The notes: generated by a model from the sequence alone, not told the origin. A stretch of DNA of 64,000 nt from an uncultured Bacteroidales bacterium (GCA_964387795.1 CAYLYP010000009.1:998-64997), one strand, 5' to 3'; positions 9,178-19,374 are shown, counted from the stretch's first letter. A program made the numbers and translations.

Positions 9178-9342
9178 GATTTTTTGGTGTTTAAAATTAT
9201 TCTTTTTGGCCACAAAGCATATAGTTTAACTTTATGGCTTTTTTGTTTTTACTTTTTGTTTAAACAATATTGTATTATTGTGTTTTACAGCTTGATATGT
9301 CTAGCCCTGCCGGAGGGAATGAATATCTTACTTTGGGTATCT

Positions 9343-9846
9343 TTAGCGTTTAATGATTTTAAAGGTCTTTTCAGCCTTTGAACCAATTGTGATTTTTAAA
9401 AAATAAATCCCTGAAGGGTATTCATACATTGATATTTTGGACTGCCTTACATTCAGGGTTTCTTTAGTCATAATCCTGCCTTGTATGTCGATCAACTGGT
9501 ATGAAACGGTTCCTTCCAGAAGGCTTGTTTCTAATTGTGGGCCAATATTTATTTCCAGGAAATCAGAGGTTGGATTGGGAAATGTTGAAATGCTTAAATT
9601 TACATTTTCAGGTTCTATCAGACCTGTAATTTGAGATATCTCAAAAGGCTGTTGAACCCCTTCTGCTAATGACCCATTGCCAGCTGACCAGGTATGATAG
9701 GATATTTGTCCAATAGAAAAACTTGTAGTTCCTCCAGTCCCAGTGCCATTTCCTCCCCCCGAATTTATTGATTCCTGCGAAAAGGCTGTAAGCTGCCCAA
9801 TGGCAAAGAGGAAAGCAACACATAGATTTAGCTTCTTGTGCTTCAT
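9343..9846 (-). CDS. small secreted protein with a T9SS C-terminal sorting domain
   Basis: Signal peptide. C-terminal FPNP…GIYFLKITIGSKAEKTFKIIKR is a Por/T9SS CTD pattern. Paralogous to 52954..53481. Confidence 0.75.
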   Translation of the reverse strand: MKHKKLNLCVAFLFAIGQLTAFSQESINSGGGNGTGTGGTTSFSIGQISYHTWSAGNGSLAEGVQQPFEISQITGLIEPENVNLSISTFPNPTSDFLEINIGPQLETSLLEGTVSYQLIDIQGRIMTKETLNVRQSKISMYEYPSGIYFLKITIGSKAEKTFKIIKR

Positions 9847-10173
9847 GTTTTTGTTTGTTTAAAAATGATTAATTGCCAGGTTTTGGTAAATGTTTTATCC
9901 AAAACACAAATGAAAAGTAATGTATTTTGGATGACTAAACTTCGTTTTTTTTTGTGTTATTTCATGTTTAATATGTTGACAACATCTTGGTTGATAACAT
10001 GCTAAACGTTGAGTTGTTTTAAAAATAACAACCTTAATAAAATCCCCTTTGAAGTTTCCTGGTTTTCAAAGATAGTTTTTATTTATTATTCTTCAAAATG
10101 TTATATAAGTTTATTATAAAAACGGGTTAATTCAATAGATATAGTTCAAGGTTTATAGAAGTTCAGCTTGGGC

Positions 10174-10746
10174 TTAGTCAAGGTGTATCCAATAAATATT
10201 TACATCTTTAGGTTCCATACATGTCTGACCAGGATATAATAGGGGTTTTGTTTCCCGTAAAGTCCCACCGCAGTTTCTGATAAGCTTGTTAGAGGCATGG
10301 TTATCGACATAACAACCCAGCATGACCTCAGTGATGCCGATAGATTTGGCATAATCAAGGCCGGCATTAAGGATTAGTGTTGCGTATCCCTTTTTCCTTT
10401 CAGATGGTTTTACCGAAATCCCAATGTGCCCGCCATAGGTTCTCAGAAAAGCCTGTTCGAGGTTGTGCCTTATATCCAGCATTCCAATAATCATTTGGTC
10501 GCTGTTTCTTTTAACAAAAAAAGTGGAAGACACAACCCAATCTTTGCTGACTGTAGCCGGATGGCTGTTTCTTTTAACGCTATCAAGCCATTCTTCAAAA
10601 TCGAGTTTGTCGAACATAGCACTGCCATTAATAACAGTCTCGCCATTTGAGAAAAAGGCTTCTTTAAAGGCTATGGCTTCCTGTTTGTGTTCTAACTGTG
10701 GCCTGACAAGTGTTATCATCTGTTTTTGATTTTGTTGGACGGGCAT
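10174..10746 (-). CDS. GNAT family N-acetyltransferase
   Basis: Acetyl-CoA binding region GISVKPSERKKGYATLIL. A start at ATG 10746 (or 10719) removes the overlap with the upstream gene. Confidence 0.8.
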   Translation of the reverse strand: MPVQQNQKQMITLVRPQLEHKQEAIAFKEAFFSNGETVINGSAMFDKLDFEEWLDSVKRNSHPATVSKDWVVSSTFFVKRNSDQMIIGMLDIRHNLEQAFLRTYGGHIGISVKPSERKKGYATLILNAGLDYAKSIGITEVMLGCYVDNHASNKLIRNCGGTLRETKPLLYPGQTCMEPKDVNIYWIHLD

Positions 10747-10753
10747 TTGTATA

Positions 10754-11155
10754 TCAGGATAGTTTGTTAAATTCAATGAGTTCGATGGGGGCGCCATTGT
10801 GGACAATCATTGCTACGCGGGTTCCTTCTCCGGGAGCATTGGGCGGGGTGAGGATTTGAAACTCCCTCTTTGCCAGTTCAACATCAATATTTTCCACTTC
10901 AAAGGCAATATGAGGGACAGTTTGAATGAGTTTGTCAATTGGGCTGTCCGGCTCAAAGCGCATCCATTCAATTCCAAAGGGACTGGTAGGGAAGCCTGAA
11001 GTATAAAATTTGAAAGCAGGAAGATATCGTTCCCCTTTAAATGCTGTTTGGGTGGGGATACCAATGTGGTGGTATTTCCAGCCCCATTTTTCAATGGCCG
11101 GGGGTGCATCACTGTCTTGTCGAAACACTTCAGTTGTTGTTTTAATGGCACTCAT
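10754..11155 (-). CDS. VOC/glyoxalase-fold protein
   Basis: 133 aa with HHIGIPT…PHIAFEVENID…IELIEF, a paired beta-alpha-beta-beta-beta metal-site pattern. Confidence 0.7.
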   Translation of the reverse strand: MSAIKTTTEVFRQDSDAPPAIEKWGWKYHHIGIPTQTAFKGERYLPAFKFYTSGFPTSPFGIEWMRFEPDSPIDKLIQTVPHIAFEVENIDVELAKREFQILTPPNAPGEGTRVAMIVHNGAPIELIEFNKLS

Positions 11156-11261
11156 CCTTTGCTCCCTTTATGTTTATGAATAGCCTGAATATGAAAATGC
11201 TATATTATGAAATTTTCTTAGATAATATTTCATTTAATCCGAAATTAATTTTTTGGGTTAT

Positions 11262-11312
11262 GGTTGCAAGGGATATCCTTGCACTAATTTGTTTGCATCT
11301 TGTTTTTCAGCT
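11262..11312. repeat. partial, diverged copy of the MITE-like family
   Basis: CCTTGCACTAATTTGTTTGCATCTTGTTTTTCAGC compared with copy B CCTTAAGTGCTAATTTGTTTGCATCTTGTTT…TTTTTCAGC. Confidence 0.5.
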
Positions 11313-11493
11313 AGTTCTAATTAAAGTCCTGTTATAAAAACAGTAATGCAGGGATTGACAGTTAGCCTCTTGTTAAGAAGAAAAGAGCAATGCTATTGAA
11401 TAATCAGGGAGAGAAGAAAAAGAGATACAGGGAGGGTGTTAAAAAATATTAGGCAAGAATAAGCAAAAGTGTTATTTTTGTATGCAAATATGA

Positions 11494-11567
11494 GGCCCCG
11501 TAGTTCAGCTGAATAGAATGTCAGATTCCGGTTCTGAAGGTCACAGGTTTGAATCCTGTCGGGGTCA
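11494..11567 (+). tRNA. tRNA-Arg (anticodon CCG)
   Basis: Folded by hand. Acceptor GGCCCCG/CGGGGTC, anticodon arm TCAGA-TTCCGGT-TCTGA, T-arm ACAGG-TTTGAAT-CCTGT. 74 nt, no encoded CCA. Confidence 0.95.
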
Positions 11568-11570
11568 CAA

Positions 11571-11603
11571 AAAAAAAGCCGCTTTTGTAAAGCGGCTTTT
11601 TTT
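11571..11603. terminator. bidirectional intrinsic terminator
   Basis: AAAAAAAGCCGCTTT-TGT-AAAGCGGCTTTTTTT. It lies between the tRNA-Arg (+) and the stop of 11616..12629 (-). Confidence 0.85.
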
Positions 11604-11615
11604 GTAATGTTTTTC

Positions 11616-12629
11616 TTAGAGGAATTCAATGCTATAAAGAATTGCTTCAACCTGTCTGATATAATTTCTTTTTTCAAATTTTGGGGCATATACAAATCCA
11701 TCGAGCATAACCAGCCTGTTGTTTGTTGTGTCAACGAGTGTGTAGTTAACATAAGGACCACCCATAAAATCACCTTCAACCCTCCACAGGCCCCTAAGTT
11801 CTTTGGCATATAAGCCATTAAAATTTACTTCCCTTGTTTCAGGATCCAGTTTACGGAATGAAGTCATATAAGAATTAGGGAATTGTCCGGGGATATGAGC
11901 TTTAGTGATTGAATCGCGACGTGCAACAATAGTTTTGGTGTCAAAGTCCTTAACGGCATCTTTATAGGGATAAAAGGTAAGCAAAACACCCATATCAAGG
12001 TCGTCGCGTGTTCCAGTTCTTCTAATCCAGATAAAGTTGGTATCCTGTTTTCCGATAAAATAACCCTCGGGGATACTCATATTCACTTTATAATTGTCTT
12101 TCAGGGACTTTTTCACAACTTCATTTTTCATCCTGCTATAAGCATTGATGGTCCTTTCCCTTTCAACAGCCATATATCGGTCGATAAAGTCCTGAGAATT
12201 TTTTTCAAAGACAGCTTCGAGGGTAGATTCATCTTTTACGTTAACTTTAATAATCAACTGAGGATAAGCCCAATTATCGCGTTTTATCTCAATGGATGGC
12301 TTTTGGGCGGTGGTATCAAATTCGAGGATAAAGATATTTCTGTGTGTTTGAAAGAGTTTGGAAAAGTTGGAAGGATCGACCTGGTAAATAGTAAAGATAG
12401 GTTCGTCCTGAGGCAGTCCTGGCATAGGAGCAGCGAAAAAGCTTTTGATAATAAACCCGGCGTTTGAGTCCCATTTTGATTGTTGGGCAACAACAAGGAG
12501 TTCACAATTTCGGCCTGTAGCAGAGACTTTTTTCTTAGGTTGTTCCTTACAGCTTGAAAGGGAGAATAAAGCCAGGGAGATGGAGCTAATTAATAAGATG
12601 TTTTTAAAGGACGAAGTTAAACGTTTCAT
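11616..12629 (-). CDS. lipoprotein, DUF4837-like
   Basis: Lipobox LSSC. The pattern CELLVVAQQSKWDSNAG…PMPGLPQDEPIF resembles the DUF4837 family, recalled from memory. Confidence 0.7.
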   Translation of the reverse strand: MKRLTSSFKNILLISSISLALFSLSSCKEQPKKKVSATGRNCELLVVAQQSKWDSNAGFIIKSFFAAPMPGLPQDEPIFTIYQVDPSNFSKLFQTHRNIFILEFDTTAQKPSIEIKRDNWAYPQLIIKVNVKDESTLEAVFEKNSQDFIDRYMAVERERTINAYSRMKNEVVKKSLKDNYKVNMSIPEGYFIGKQDTNFIWIRRTGTRDDLDMGVLLTFYPYKDAVKDFDTKTIVARRDSITKAHIPGQFPNSYMTSFRKLDPETREVNFNGLYAKELRGLWRVEGDFMGGPYVNYTLVDTTNNRLVMLDGFVYAPKFEKRNYIRQVEAILYSIEFL

Positions 12630-12690
12630 ATTCCGTTTTTTTTTTGGTTTTTTGTTGATAATAAGGGCAGGAAAAACAAAAAATACTTTA

Positions 12691-14352
12691 TTATTTAGCA
12701 GCCACAGCGATTTTTAAAGTCTGTCCCGGTTGAAGGTTTTGGGAAGAAAGGTTGTTGAGTTTTTGGATCTCTTCAACAGAAGCGCCTTCATGTTTCTGGG
12801 CAATAGTCCAGAGGGTATCACCGGATTGAACGGTATAATAAATCACTTTATTGTTGGATGCAACCTGTTTATTATCAATATTTGTGCCGGAATTTGTGCT
12901 TTTTGAAACAGTGTTTTTGTCTTTTTTCACGATTAGCTTCTGTCCGGGATGTATCTTATTGGAAGACAGATTGTTTAAAGCAAGAAGCTCATCAGCTGTG
13001 AGGTTATATTTTGATGCGATGCTTGCAAGGCTTTCTCCTTTTACAACGATATGAACATTGTTTTTTGGAGAGATGTTTGGTTTTTCAGGAGCCCTAACAA
13101 CAAGTCTTTGACCAACGCGTATGGTTGTACCCCTAATATTGTTCCAATTTTGGATTTCGCGAACAGAGCAATTATATTTTCTGGCGATAGAGCCAAGCAC
13201 TTCACCACTACGCACTACATGTATTGTTGTTTCAGGGATTTTAAAAGCCAGTTCTTCCTGTTTTATTTGTTCATCGGATTTTAAATTATAAATTGTCTCT
13301 TCATTAAGTACGAATAGGTTTGCATAATCACGGGGCAACCTAAGGGCATAAGGGTTTTCGGGGGAACCGGGAACAATATTTTTTCTAAAAGAAGGATTTA
13401 GATAGCACAATTCATCTAAAGGAATCCCAATTATTTCGGTAATACTGCTGAAAGGAACAATTTTTTTAATATGGATGGTATCCAGGTCGTTGTGTGAATA
13501 TTTTGGATAGACAGGGTATAGGTTATGTTCAGCAGCATACTCAAAAACATAAGTAGCGGCAATAAAACCAGGGACATAGTTTTGGGTTTCACGAGGGAGG
13601 AACCTCCTTACATACCAAAAATCTTTAACCCCCCCAGCCCTGCGTATGGCCCTGTTCACGTTGCCAGCACCGGCATTATAAGCTGCAATCACAAGGTTCC
13701 AGTCCCCATAGATATTATAGAGGTCAATGAAGTGGAGGCAGGCAGCATTTGTAGCTTTTATTGGATCACTGCGGTCATCAACATAGGAGTTTACGTTGAG
13801 TTTATACATACGCCCTGTTCCGTACATGAACTGCCAGAGGCCAGTAGCACCAACTCTTGAGCGTGCCTGAGGGTTAAGGGCAGATTCAATGACTGCGAGA
13901 TATTTGAGTTCGAGGGGCAGGTTATACTTATCTAATTGTTCTTCAAAGAAAGGGAAATATATTTCACCAAGGCCCATGATACGTTGAGTGAGTTCCCGGC
14001 GGCGGTTGGCATAAAGTTCGATAAAAGGTTTTATAGCGGGATTATAAACAAAATGATAGGAGGATGTAAGGTTAAGTTTTTCGATACGTTCTTTTATAAT
14101 CGAATCAGCGTATTCAGGTACAAATCCAGGAGGGAAAGCACTGTTTTTGTTCGCTTTCTGAAAGTTTTCGGTGTTGAAAATTGACAATGAGGCAAGGCTG
14201 TCAAGCATTGATACAATTGGATCGTCCTGTTCTATTACTGTAACAGCGGTGCTGTCAGAGCTTAAGGCTTCCTGTGAGGGTTTATGTTGTTGAGCAAAAG
14301 ATTGGAGAGATACAATTAAAAATATCATCAATGCTAATGTTTCCCGCTTCAT
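12691..14352 (-). CDS. lytic murein transglycosylase (SLT domain) with three C-terminal LysM repeats, MltD-like
   Basis: Catalytic region AVIESALNPQARSRVGATGLWQFM…AAYNAG. Three LysM units (HVVRSGEVLGSIARKY…, HIVVKGESLASIASKY…, YTVQSGDTLWTIAQKH…). Confidence 0.9.
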   Translation of the reverse strand: MKRETLALMIFLIVSLQSFAQQHKPSQEALSSDSTAVTVIEQDDPIVSMLDSLASLSIFNTENFQKANKNSAFPPGFVPEYADSIIKERIEKLNLTSSYHFVYNPAIKPFIELYANRRRELTQRIMGLGEIYFPFFEEQLDKYNLPLELKYLAVIESALNPQARSRVGATGLWQFMYGTGRMYKLNVNSYVDDRSDPIKATNAACLHFIDLYNIYGDWNLVIAAYNAGAGNVNRAIRRAGGVKDFWYVRRFLPRETQNYVPGFIAATYVFEYAAEHNLYPVYPKYSHNDLDTIHIKKIVPFSSITEIIGIPLDELCYLNPSFRKNIVPGSPENPYALRLPRDYANLFVLNEETIYNLKSDEQIKQEELAFKIPETTIHVVRSGEVLGSIARKYNCSVREIQNWNNIRGTTIRVGQRLVVRAPEKPNISPKNNVHIVVKGESLASIASKYNLTADELLALNNLSSNKIHPGQKLIVKKDKNTVSKSTNSGTNIDNKQVASNNKVIYYTVQSGDTLWTIAQKHEGASVEEIQKLNNLSSQNLQPGQTLKIAVAAK

Positions 14353-14517
14353 AAGTAAATATTTTAAAAAGTTTATTTAGTTGATGTTTACGCAAAAATA
14401 ACACATGAGTTTCTGAAATAAATGCGTACTTTCATTTTTTAACAAAATTCGCATGTATTTATGCTTAATACAATAGTGAAACCCACTATTTTTCAAAACA
14501 GAAATCTGCGAATTAAA

Positions 14518-14534
14518 CTAAGGGAAGCCCTTAG
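14518..14534 (-). terminator. short hairpin downstream of tatA
   Basis: CTAAGGG-AAG-CCCTTAG, followed on the minus strand by TTTAATT. Confidence 0.4.
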
Positions 14535-14572
14535 AAATGATTCCGGAGGGGGTGGCAAAAGAAAAAAGGGTA

Positions 14573-14761
14573 TTATTCCTCTTTTTTAGCATCCTCTTTG
14601 TCATTGCCTTTTGAAGCATCTTTAAACTCTTTGATACCTTTGCCAAGACCACGCATGAGTTCAGGAATTTTTCTGCCACCAAAGAGAAGGAGGACAATGA
14701 CGGCAATAAGAATGATTTCCTGGGTTCCAATAATTCCAAGAAGTACAAAATGAGAGTTCAT
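14573..14761 (-). CDS. tatA: twin-arginine translocase subunit TatA/E
   Basis: MNSHFVLLGIIGTQEIILIAVIVLLLFGGRKIPELMRGLGKGIKEFK. The internal ATG (14761) avoids overlap with the upstream gene. Confidence 0.85.
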   Translation of the reverse strand: MNSHFVLLGIIGTQEIILIAVIVLLLFGGRKIPELMRGLGKGIKEFKDASKGNDKEDAKKEE

Positions 14762-14781
14762 ATAGAGTGAGTTATTTTGGT

Positions 14782-16008
14782 TTAAATTGATTTTGAAATC
14801 CAATCGACAGGGTTCAGTATAGTTGTTCCTTTCCAAACCTCGAGATGTATTTCAGTTTTTCCTTCCCTGTTGTTTGTACTAATAACGCCGATACTTTGGC
14901 GGGTAGAGATTTGTTGTCCGATACTAACAAACACTTCAGAAAGGTTTGAATAGACGGTAAGGTAATCGCCATGTCTGATGATAACAGCAAATTGTGCCCC
15001 GGGGATAGAGATTACCCCGCTGACAACGCCATTGAAAACTGAGCGGGCATGTGAACCCTGAGAGGTGGCAATGTCAATGCCATTGTTTTTAATCTTGATG
15101 TTGGGCAGGACAGGATGGGGGTGTTCACCAAAAGTGCTTGTAATAACCCCTTTTTCTGAAGGCCAGGGCAGCTTTCCTTTGTTTTGGGCAAAGTTATCAG
15201 AAAGAGTAGCTTCGGCAGGGGTCATAGCATACACATTAGTAGCAGGTTTGCCGGCTTTTCGAGCAGCTTCTTTTGATTTACGTGTTTCTTCAGCGATGAG
15301 TTTTTCAATTGAATTTTGAAGGTTTGTCCTGGTTTTTTCTTTTTCTTTAAGATTAGCGATTAGATCTTTTTCTTGCTTTTTGAGCTTATTGATTGTTTCA
15401 GCCTGTTCAGTTTTTAGTAGCTGAAGGGATTTCATTTCATTGGACTGGGCCAGGATAAGCAGTTGTTGTTCTTTTCGCTTTTGTTCCAGCTCAAGAATTT
15501 TTTTTTGAATGAGGTCTTTGGCCTTAACAATTTTTTCGGCCTGTAATTTTCGGTGGCGGCTGTATTGCTGAAGGTATTTAAGGCGGAGGTAAGCCTGGTT
15601 AAAGTCTTTGGCAGAAAAGACAAACATCATCTTGTCGTGAGAATTGCGCGAACGGTAAGCAAACTTAATCATCCGGGCATAGGATGCTTTCAGTTCTTCA
15701 AGGTCGGAAGTAAGCCTCTCAATGGTGTCATTGCTGTTGGATATTTGACGGTTGAGCAGGGCAAGTTCGCTGTTTAGATTGGCAAGAAGCGACTCTCGAT
15801 GATTGATTTGGCTGTTGACAAGAAGGAGTTTTGAGAGGCTGTTCTCGGTATTTTGTTGAACTTCTTTAATAAGCCTTGAGGTGTATTCGATTTCTTTTTC
15901 AATGTTTTCTTTTTCCTTTTGGAGTTTTTCTCTTGACTGGGCTTGTAAAGAAGTTGGCGAATACCAAAGAGAGAGGGTAATAAATAGCATTATCCCCAGG
16001 CGGGACAT
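14782..16008 (-). CDS. coiled-coil plus M23/LytM domain protein (EnvC-like murein hydrolase activator)
   Basis: Long heptad-rich N-terminal region. C-terminal GIDIATSQGSHARSVFNGVVSGV…IIRHGDYLTVYSNL is the M23 fold pattern. Confidence 0.85.
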   Translation of the reverse strand: MSRLGIMLFITLSLWYSPTSLQAQSREKLQKEKENIEKEIEYTSRLIKEVQQNTENSLSKLLLVNSQINHRESLLANLNSELALLNRQISNSNDTIERLTSDLEELKASYARMIKFAYRSRNSHDKMMFVFSAKDFNQAYLRLKYLQQYSRHRKLQAEKIVKAKDLIQKKILELEQKRKEQQLLILAQSNEMKSLQLLKTEQAETINKLKKQEKDLIANLKEKEKTRTNLQNSIEKLIAEETRKSKEAARKAGKPATNVYAMTPAEATLSDNFAQNKGKLPWPSEKGVITSTFGEHPHPVLPNIKIKNNGIDIATSQGSHARSVFNGVVSGVISIPGAQFAVIIRHGDYLTVYSNLSEVFVSIGQQISTRQSIGVISTNNREGKTEIHLEVWKGTTILNPVDWISKSI

Positions 16009-16108
16009 TGTTTTGTTTTGAGTAACAAAAATGAAAAAAGGTTTATCCATGCTTGAAAAAGAAAATCGAAAGATAAAAGTATAAAAAATCCTTTAACGAA
16101 GCGAGTAT

Positions 16109-16954
16109 TTATTCAACAACCATGGGTTTGTATCTTTTTGGGATACTAAAATCAAGATTTTGGGGTTCGTTGACATTAAGCCTTGAATATTTAATGTTCA
16201 GTTCGGCCTGGGTAGCATTATCAGAAAAGACGATATCCAGTTGGTGGGGGAGGATCTGACCAGATACTGAAACGAATTCGGAATAAGAAGCCGTAAGTAC
16301 CCTTGAGGAATTTTTTTCAAAGATTGAGTTTTTGGAAAGCCTGTAATCGGAAGGCCTGATTAAAATTTGTTGGTCAAAGATGAAGCTTTGGTTCAGTTTA
16401 GAAAAAGAACGTGAATAATGATTGATTTGTATTTCGTCGTTAGCTTGAGATACTTTAGAACTTGCTCCGGAGGCGTTTTTAAAATCGTTACCGGTAAATA
16501 TGGCCTGAAGCATATCGAAATCAATATTTGTATTGAATTTTTTAACGAAAAAATCTGTGCCCCCGATGTAGTAAGTGCTTTCCATGCGGTTAATGAACTT
16601 TACTGTGTCGTTGGAAACGAGCAGGCGTGCCACTTCCTGACCAAGGATGGGGGTAACAGAAATAAATATTGCACTGTCTTTTTTCATTTTCAGCGCCCCA
16701 CTGACAGGATAAGTGTTCCCATCATATAATGCTGAACCACTAAAACGCATGCTAAGCCATGTAAAATCAAAGCTATTTGTCATTACATTATTTAGCACGG
16801 TATTGATGTAATCAGGGGAAGAACTTTCAACTGTGCTTTCTATGGGTTTACGGCTTGTCCGGCAAGCACTAAGGAGGATTAAAAGCACAAGCACCGACAT
16901 TAGGATGCCCTTATTAATACTGCTTAATATCTTATTCATTAAGTTTATTTTCAT
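16109..16954 (-). CDS. DUF4292-like lipoprotein
   Basis: Signal/lipobox LILLSAC after the internal ATG (16954 or 16939). The position between the TPR and EnvC-like genes matches the usual Bacteroidota arrangement. The track's 5' extension overlaps the TPR gene. Confidence 0.65.
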   Translation of the reverse strand: MKINLMNKILSSINKGILMSVLVLLILLSACRTSRKPIESTVESSSPDYINTVLNNVMTNSFDFTWLSMRFSGSALYDGNTYPVSGALKMKKDSAIFISVTPILGQEVARLLVSNDTVKFINRMESTYYIGGTDFFVKKFNTNIDFDMLQAIFTGNDFKNASGASSKVSQANDEIQINHYSRSFSKLNQSFIFDQQILIRPSDYRLSKNSIFEKNSSRVLTASYSEFVSVSGQILPHQLDIVFSDNATQAELNIKYSRLNVNEPQNLDFSIPKRYKPMVVE

Positions 16955-18713
16955 TGATTTTTTTCTCCAGTTCTTTGTTTTCAGGATCTTTTTCCAGGGC
17001 TTTTTTCCAGTTTGAAAGGGCTTCTTCAGTCCTGCCCATTTTAAAGAGGACATCACCATAGTGTTCAAGGACAACAGGGCTAACTTCTTCAGAGTTTTTA
17101 ACGGCCAATTCAATCCAGGTTAAAGCCTGGCCATAGTCGCCCATCATATAAAAAATCCAGCCATAGGTATCCTGGTAAGAAGCGTAGTTTTTTTCAATTT
17201 CATTGGCGCGCTTAGCCATTTTCAAAGCTTTATCAAGGTCTTTTCCCAGTAAAGCAAGGTAATAACTGTAGTTATTAAGGGTATAAGCGTTATCAGGATC
17301 AATGGTAAGCACTTTGTCATAGCTTGAAAAAGCTTTTTCATGCTGGTTCAGTTTATAGTAAGAGTCCCCAAGCATGGTAAGGAATTGAATTTTCAGTTCC
17401 TTGTCGCCAACCAATACTTCAAGGCCACTCTCCAAAGCAGAAGCTGCTTCCTGATAGTTTTCGAGCTGGTAGTTAGAAATGCCATTGAAAAGATAGGGGA
17501 TTGGCTGTTCAAAAAACAACTCCATTGCTTTTTCTGAATGTTGTTTCATGTCAGGATAATCATCAAGTTCAGAATCCAAAAAGATGATTTGTTGCCAAAC
17601 CTTATAAATATTTGGATCTACTTCAACCGACTTGAGGTACATTGCTTTGGCTTCGATGTATTTCTTATCCCTTGACAGAAAGTCAGCATATATATAGAAA
17701 GCGTTGGCATTATCAGCATGGACATCAATGAGTATGTCGAGCATCTCGTAAATATGTTGGTTGAAAAACACATTGTCCATATTCTTAACAAAGAAGTTAT
17801 AAAGGATCCTGGCTTTTCCATCGAATTCAAGATTTGGGCTTGCAAAGGCAAGCAGGAGCTGTTCAAGTGATTTTTCATTATCACCCATAGCCCTGTAATA
17901 ATCAGCAAGGTAAAGGCTTACATTTGCATTTTGAGGGTCTATTTCAAGAATTTTTTGATAGGTCTCAAGGGCTTTATCAGTTTGTTTGGTTTCGAGATAT
18001 AATTCAGCCAGGATTTCCTGATACATTGGCTGGTCGGGAACATAAGCTACCAAGCGAAGGGCTTCTTCGATTGCAAGGTCAAATTTTTTCTGTTCAACAA
18101 GAATTTTTTGTTTTTCAATTGAAAGGTCTTCAGAGAATCCCAGCAGGGATTCGATATGGTCAAAGACCTTAAGGGCTTCATCAGGTTTATTAAGTTGAAT
18201 AAAGACATTTGCCAGGTTAAGGTGCATCTGCACATCCCTTGGGTTTTTTTTAGTGAGAAGCTGGTGGATTTTCAGGGCTTCTTCGTTTTGATTGGTCAAA
18301 GAGTAAATCTCGGCAAGCAGGCCTTGATAGTAAGGGTTTTCAGGGTCAAGGGCAACAGCTTTTTTAGCATATACGATGGCCTCATTATAATTTTTATTAA
18401 AAGAAAAAATCCTTGATAGTTCATAGTAAGCAGCACTGTTTTCAGGATTTTTGCGAATAGCCTCAAGATAGAGCATGCTGGCAGCAGAATAGTTTCCAAG
18501 CATATTTTGTTTTGAAGCATCAATAAGTAAAGCAGTACTTTCAATTTTCTGCTTATCATTAACGTTATATCCGGTTTTTTTTTGATCACCGTTAAGGTTG
18601 GCTGTTGATTTGCAACCCATTATCAGTGCCAAAGGCATGATATATAGACCTATTTTAATTATATTACGCATTCGGTAGGTATTTCTGGTTTGAAATTTTC
18701 TTTTAATGCTCAT
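16932..18713 (-). CDS. tetratricopeptide-repeat protein
   Basis: More than 10 recognisable TPR units (…AAYYELSRIFSFNKNYNEAIVYAKKAVALDPEN…). Confidence 0.85.
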   Translation of the reverse strand: MSIKRKFQTRNTYRMRNIIKIGLYIMPLALIMGCKSTANLNGDQKKTGYNVNDKQKIESTALLIDASKQNMLGNYSAASMLYLEAIRKNPENSAAYYELSRIFSFNKNYNEAIVYAKKAVALDPENPYYQGLLAEIYSLTNQNEEALKIHQLLTKKNPRDVQMHLNLANVFIQLNKPDEALKVFDHIESLLGFSEDLSIEKQKILVEQKKFDLAIEEALRLVAYVPDQPMYQEILAELYLETKQTDKALETYQKILEIDPQNANVSLYLADYYRAMGDNEKSLEQLLLAFASPNLEFDGKARILYNFFVKNMDNVFFNQHIYEMLDILIDVHADNANAFYIYADFLSRDKKYIEAKAMYLKSVEVDPNIYKVWQQIIFLDSELDDYPDMKQHSEKAMELFFEQPIPYLFNGISNYQLENYQEAASALESGLEVLVGDKELKIQFLTMLGDSYYKLNQHEKAFSSYDKVLTIDPDNAYTLNNYSYYLALLGKDLDKALKMAKRANEIEKNYASYQDTYGWIFYMMGDYGQALTWIELAVKNSEEVSPVVLEHYGDVLFKMGRTEEALSNWKKALEKDPENKELEKKINENKLNE

Positions 18714-18939
18714 TCAAGCCTTCATGAAAGAATGAAACGGGAAAGAAGGTTTAAAAATTATAAGCATAATTTAAAAAAAGCTTAAATCCCGGAAAGAAAA
18801 ACACATATCAGCACATAATGTTTGGATTTTTAACAAAATGGTGCAAGATGATTTTTCAGACAGACATAGCTGATTGCCAAACAAAAAGGAATTCTTTGCA
18901 AAGTTACACAATAAATAAAACAAATTGGGCCATTGATGA

Positions 18940-19374
18940 TTAATGGGTTCCGGTATGCCCAAAGCCACCAGCACCTCTTTCAGTATCTTGCAAGACTTCC
19001 ACTTCCTGCCATAATACTTTTTCATGGCGGTGAACCACCACCTGGGCTATACGTTCGCCAGTCTGAATGGTGAATTCTTTATCAGAAAGGTTAATAAGGA
19101 TAACTTTAATCTCACCACGGTAATCAGCATCGATGGTACCCGGGCTGTTAAGAACGGTAATTCCGTGTTTGGCAGCAAGGCCACTACGAGGCCTAACCTG
19201 TGCCTCAAAGCCTTCAGGGAGTTCAAAAAACAATCCTGTTGGGATAAGGGCGCGTTGTAAAGGTTTTAAAACAACAGGTTCAGTGAGCTCAGCCCTGATG
19301 TCCATTCCTGCAGAATGGCTTGTTTCATATGATGGTAAAGGGTTTCCGGATTTGTTAACTATTTTTACCTGCAT
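18940..19374 (-). CDS. dut: dUTP diphosphatase
   Basis: SAGMDIRA…[35 protein letters not shown]…GFGHTG. Start taken at [10 protein letters not shown]. Confidence 0.95.
   Translation of the reverse strand: MQVKIVNKSGNPLPSYETSHSAGMDIRAELTEPVVLKPLQRALIPTGLFFELPEGFEAQVRPRSGLAAKHGITVLNSPGTIDADYRGEIKVILINLSDKEFTIQTGERIAQVVVHRHEKVLWQEVEVLQDTERGAGGFGHTGTH

Noticed and set aside
11393-11818. 141-aa minus-strand ORF
   Set aside because: It overlaps tRNA-Arg and the bidirectional terminator, and it extends antisense or out of frame into the 3' end of 11616..12629.
16955-17113. 5' extension of the DUF4292-like ORF in the ORF track
   Set aside because: It overlaps the 3' end of the TPR gene by about 180 nt and encodes a K/W-rich sequence ahead of a perfectly good signal/lipobox start at 16954 or 16939.
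18771-19025. 84-aa minus-strand ORF between the TPR gene and dut
   Set aside because: It overlaps the 3' end of dut out of frame, has an unremarkable composition and has no plausible start context.
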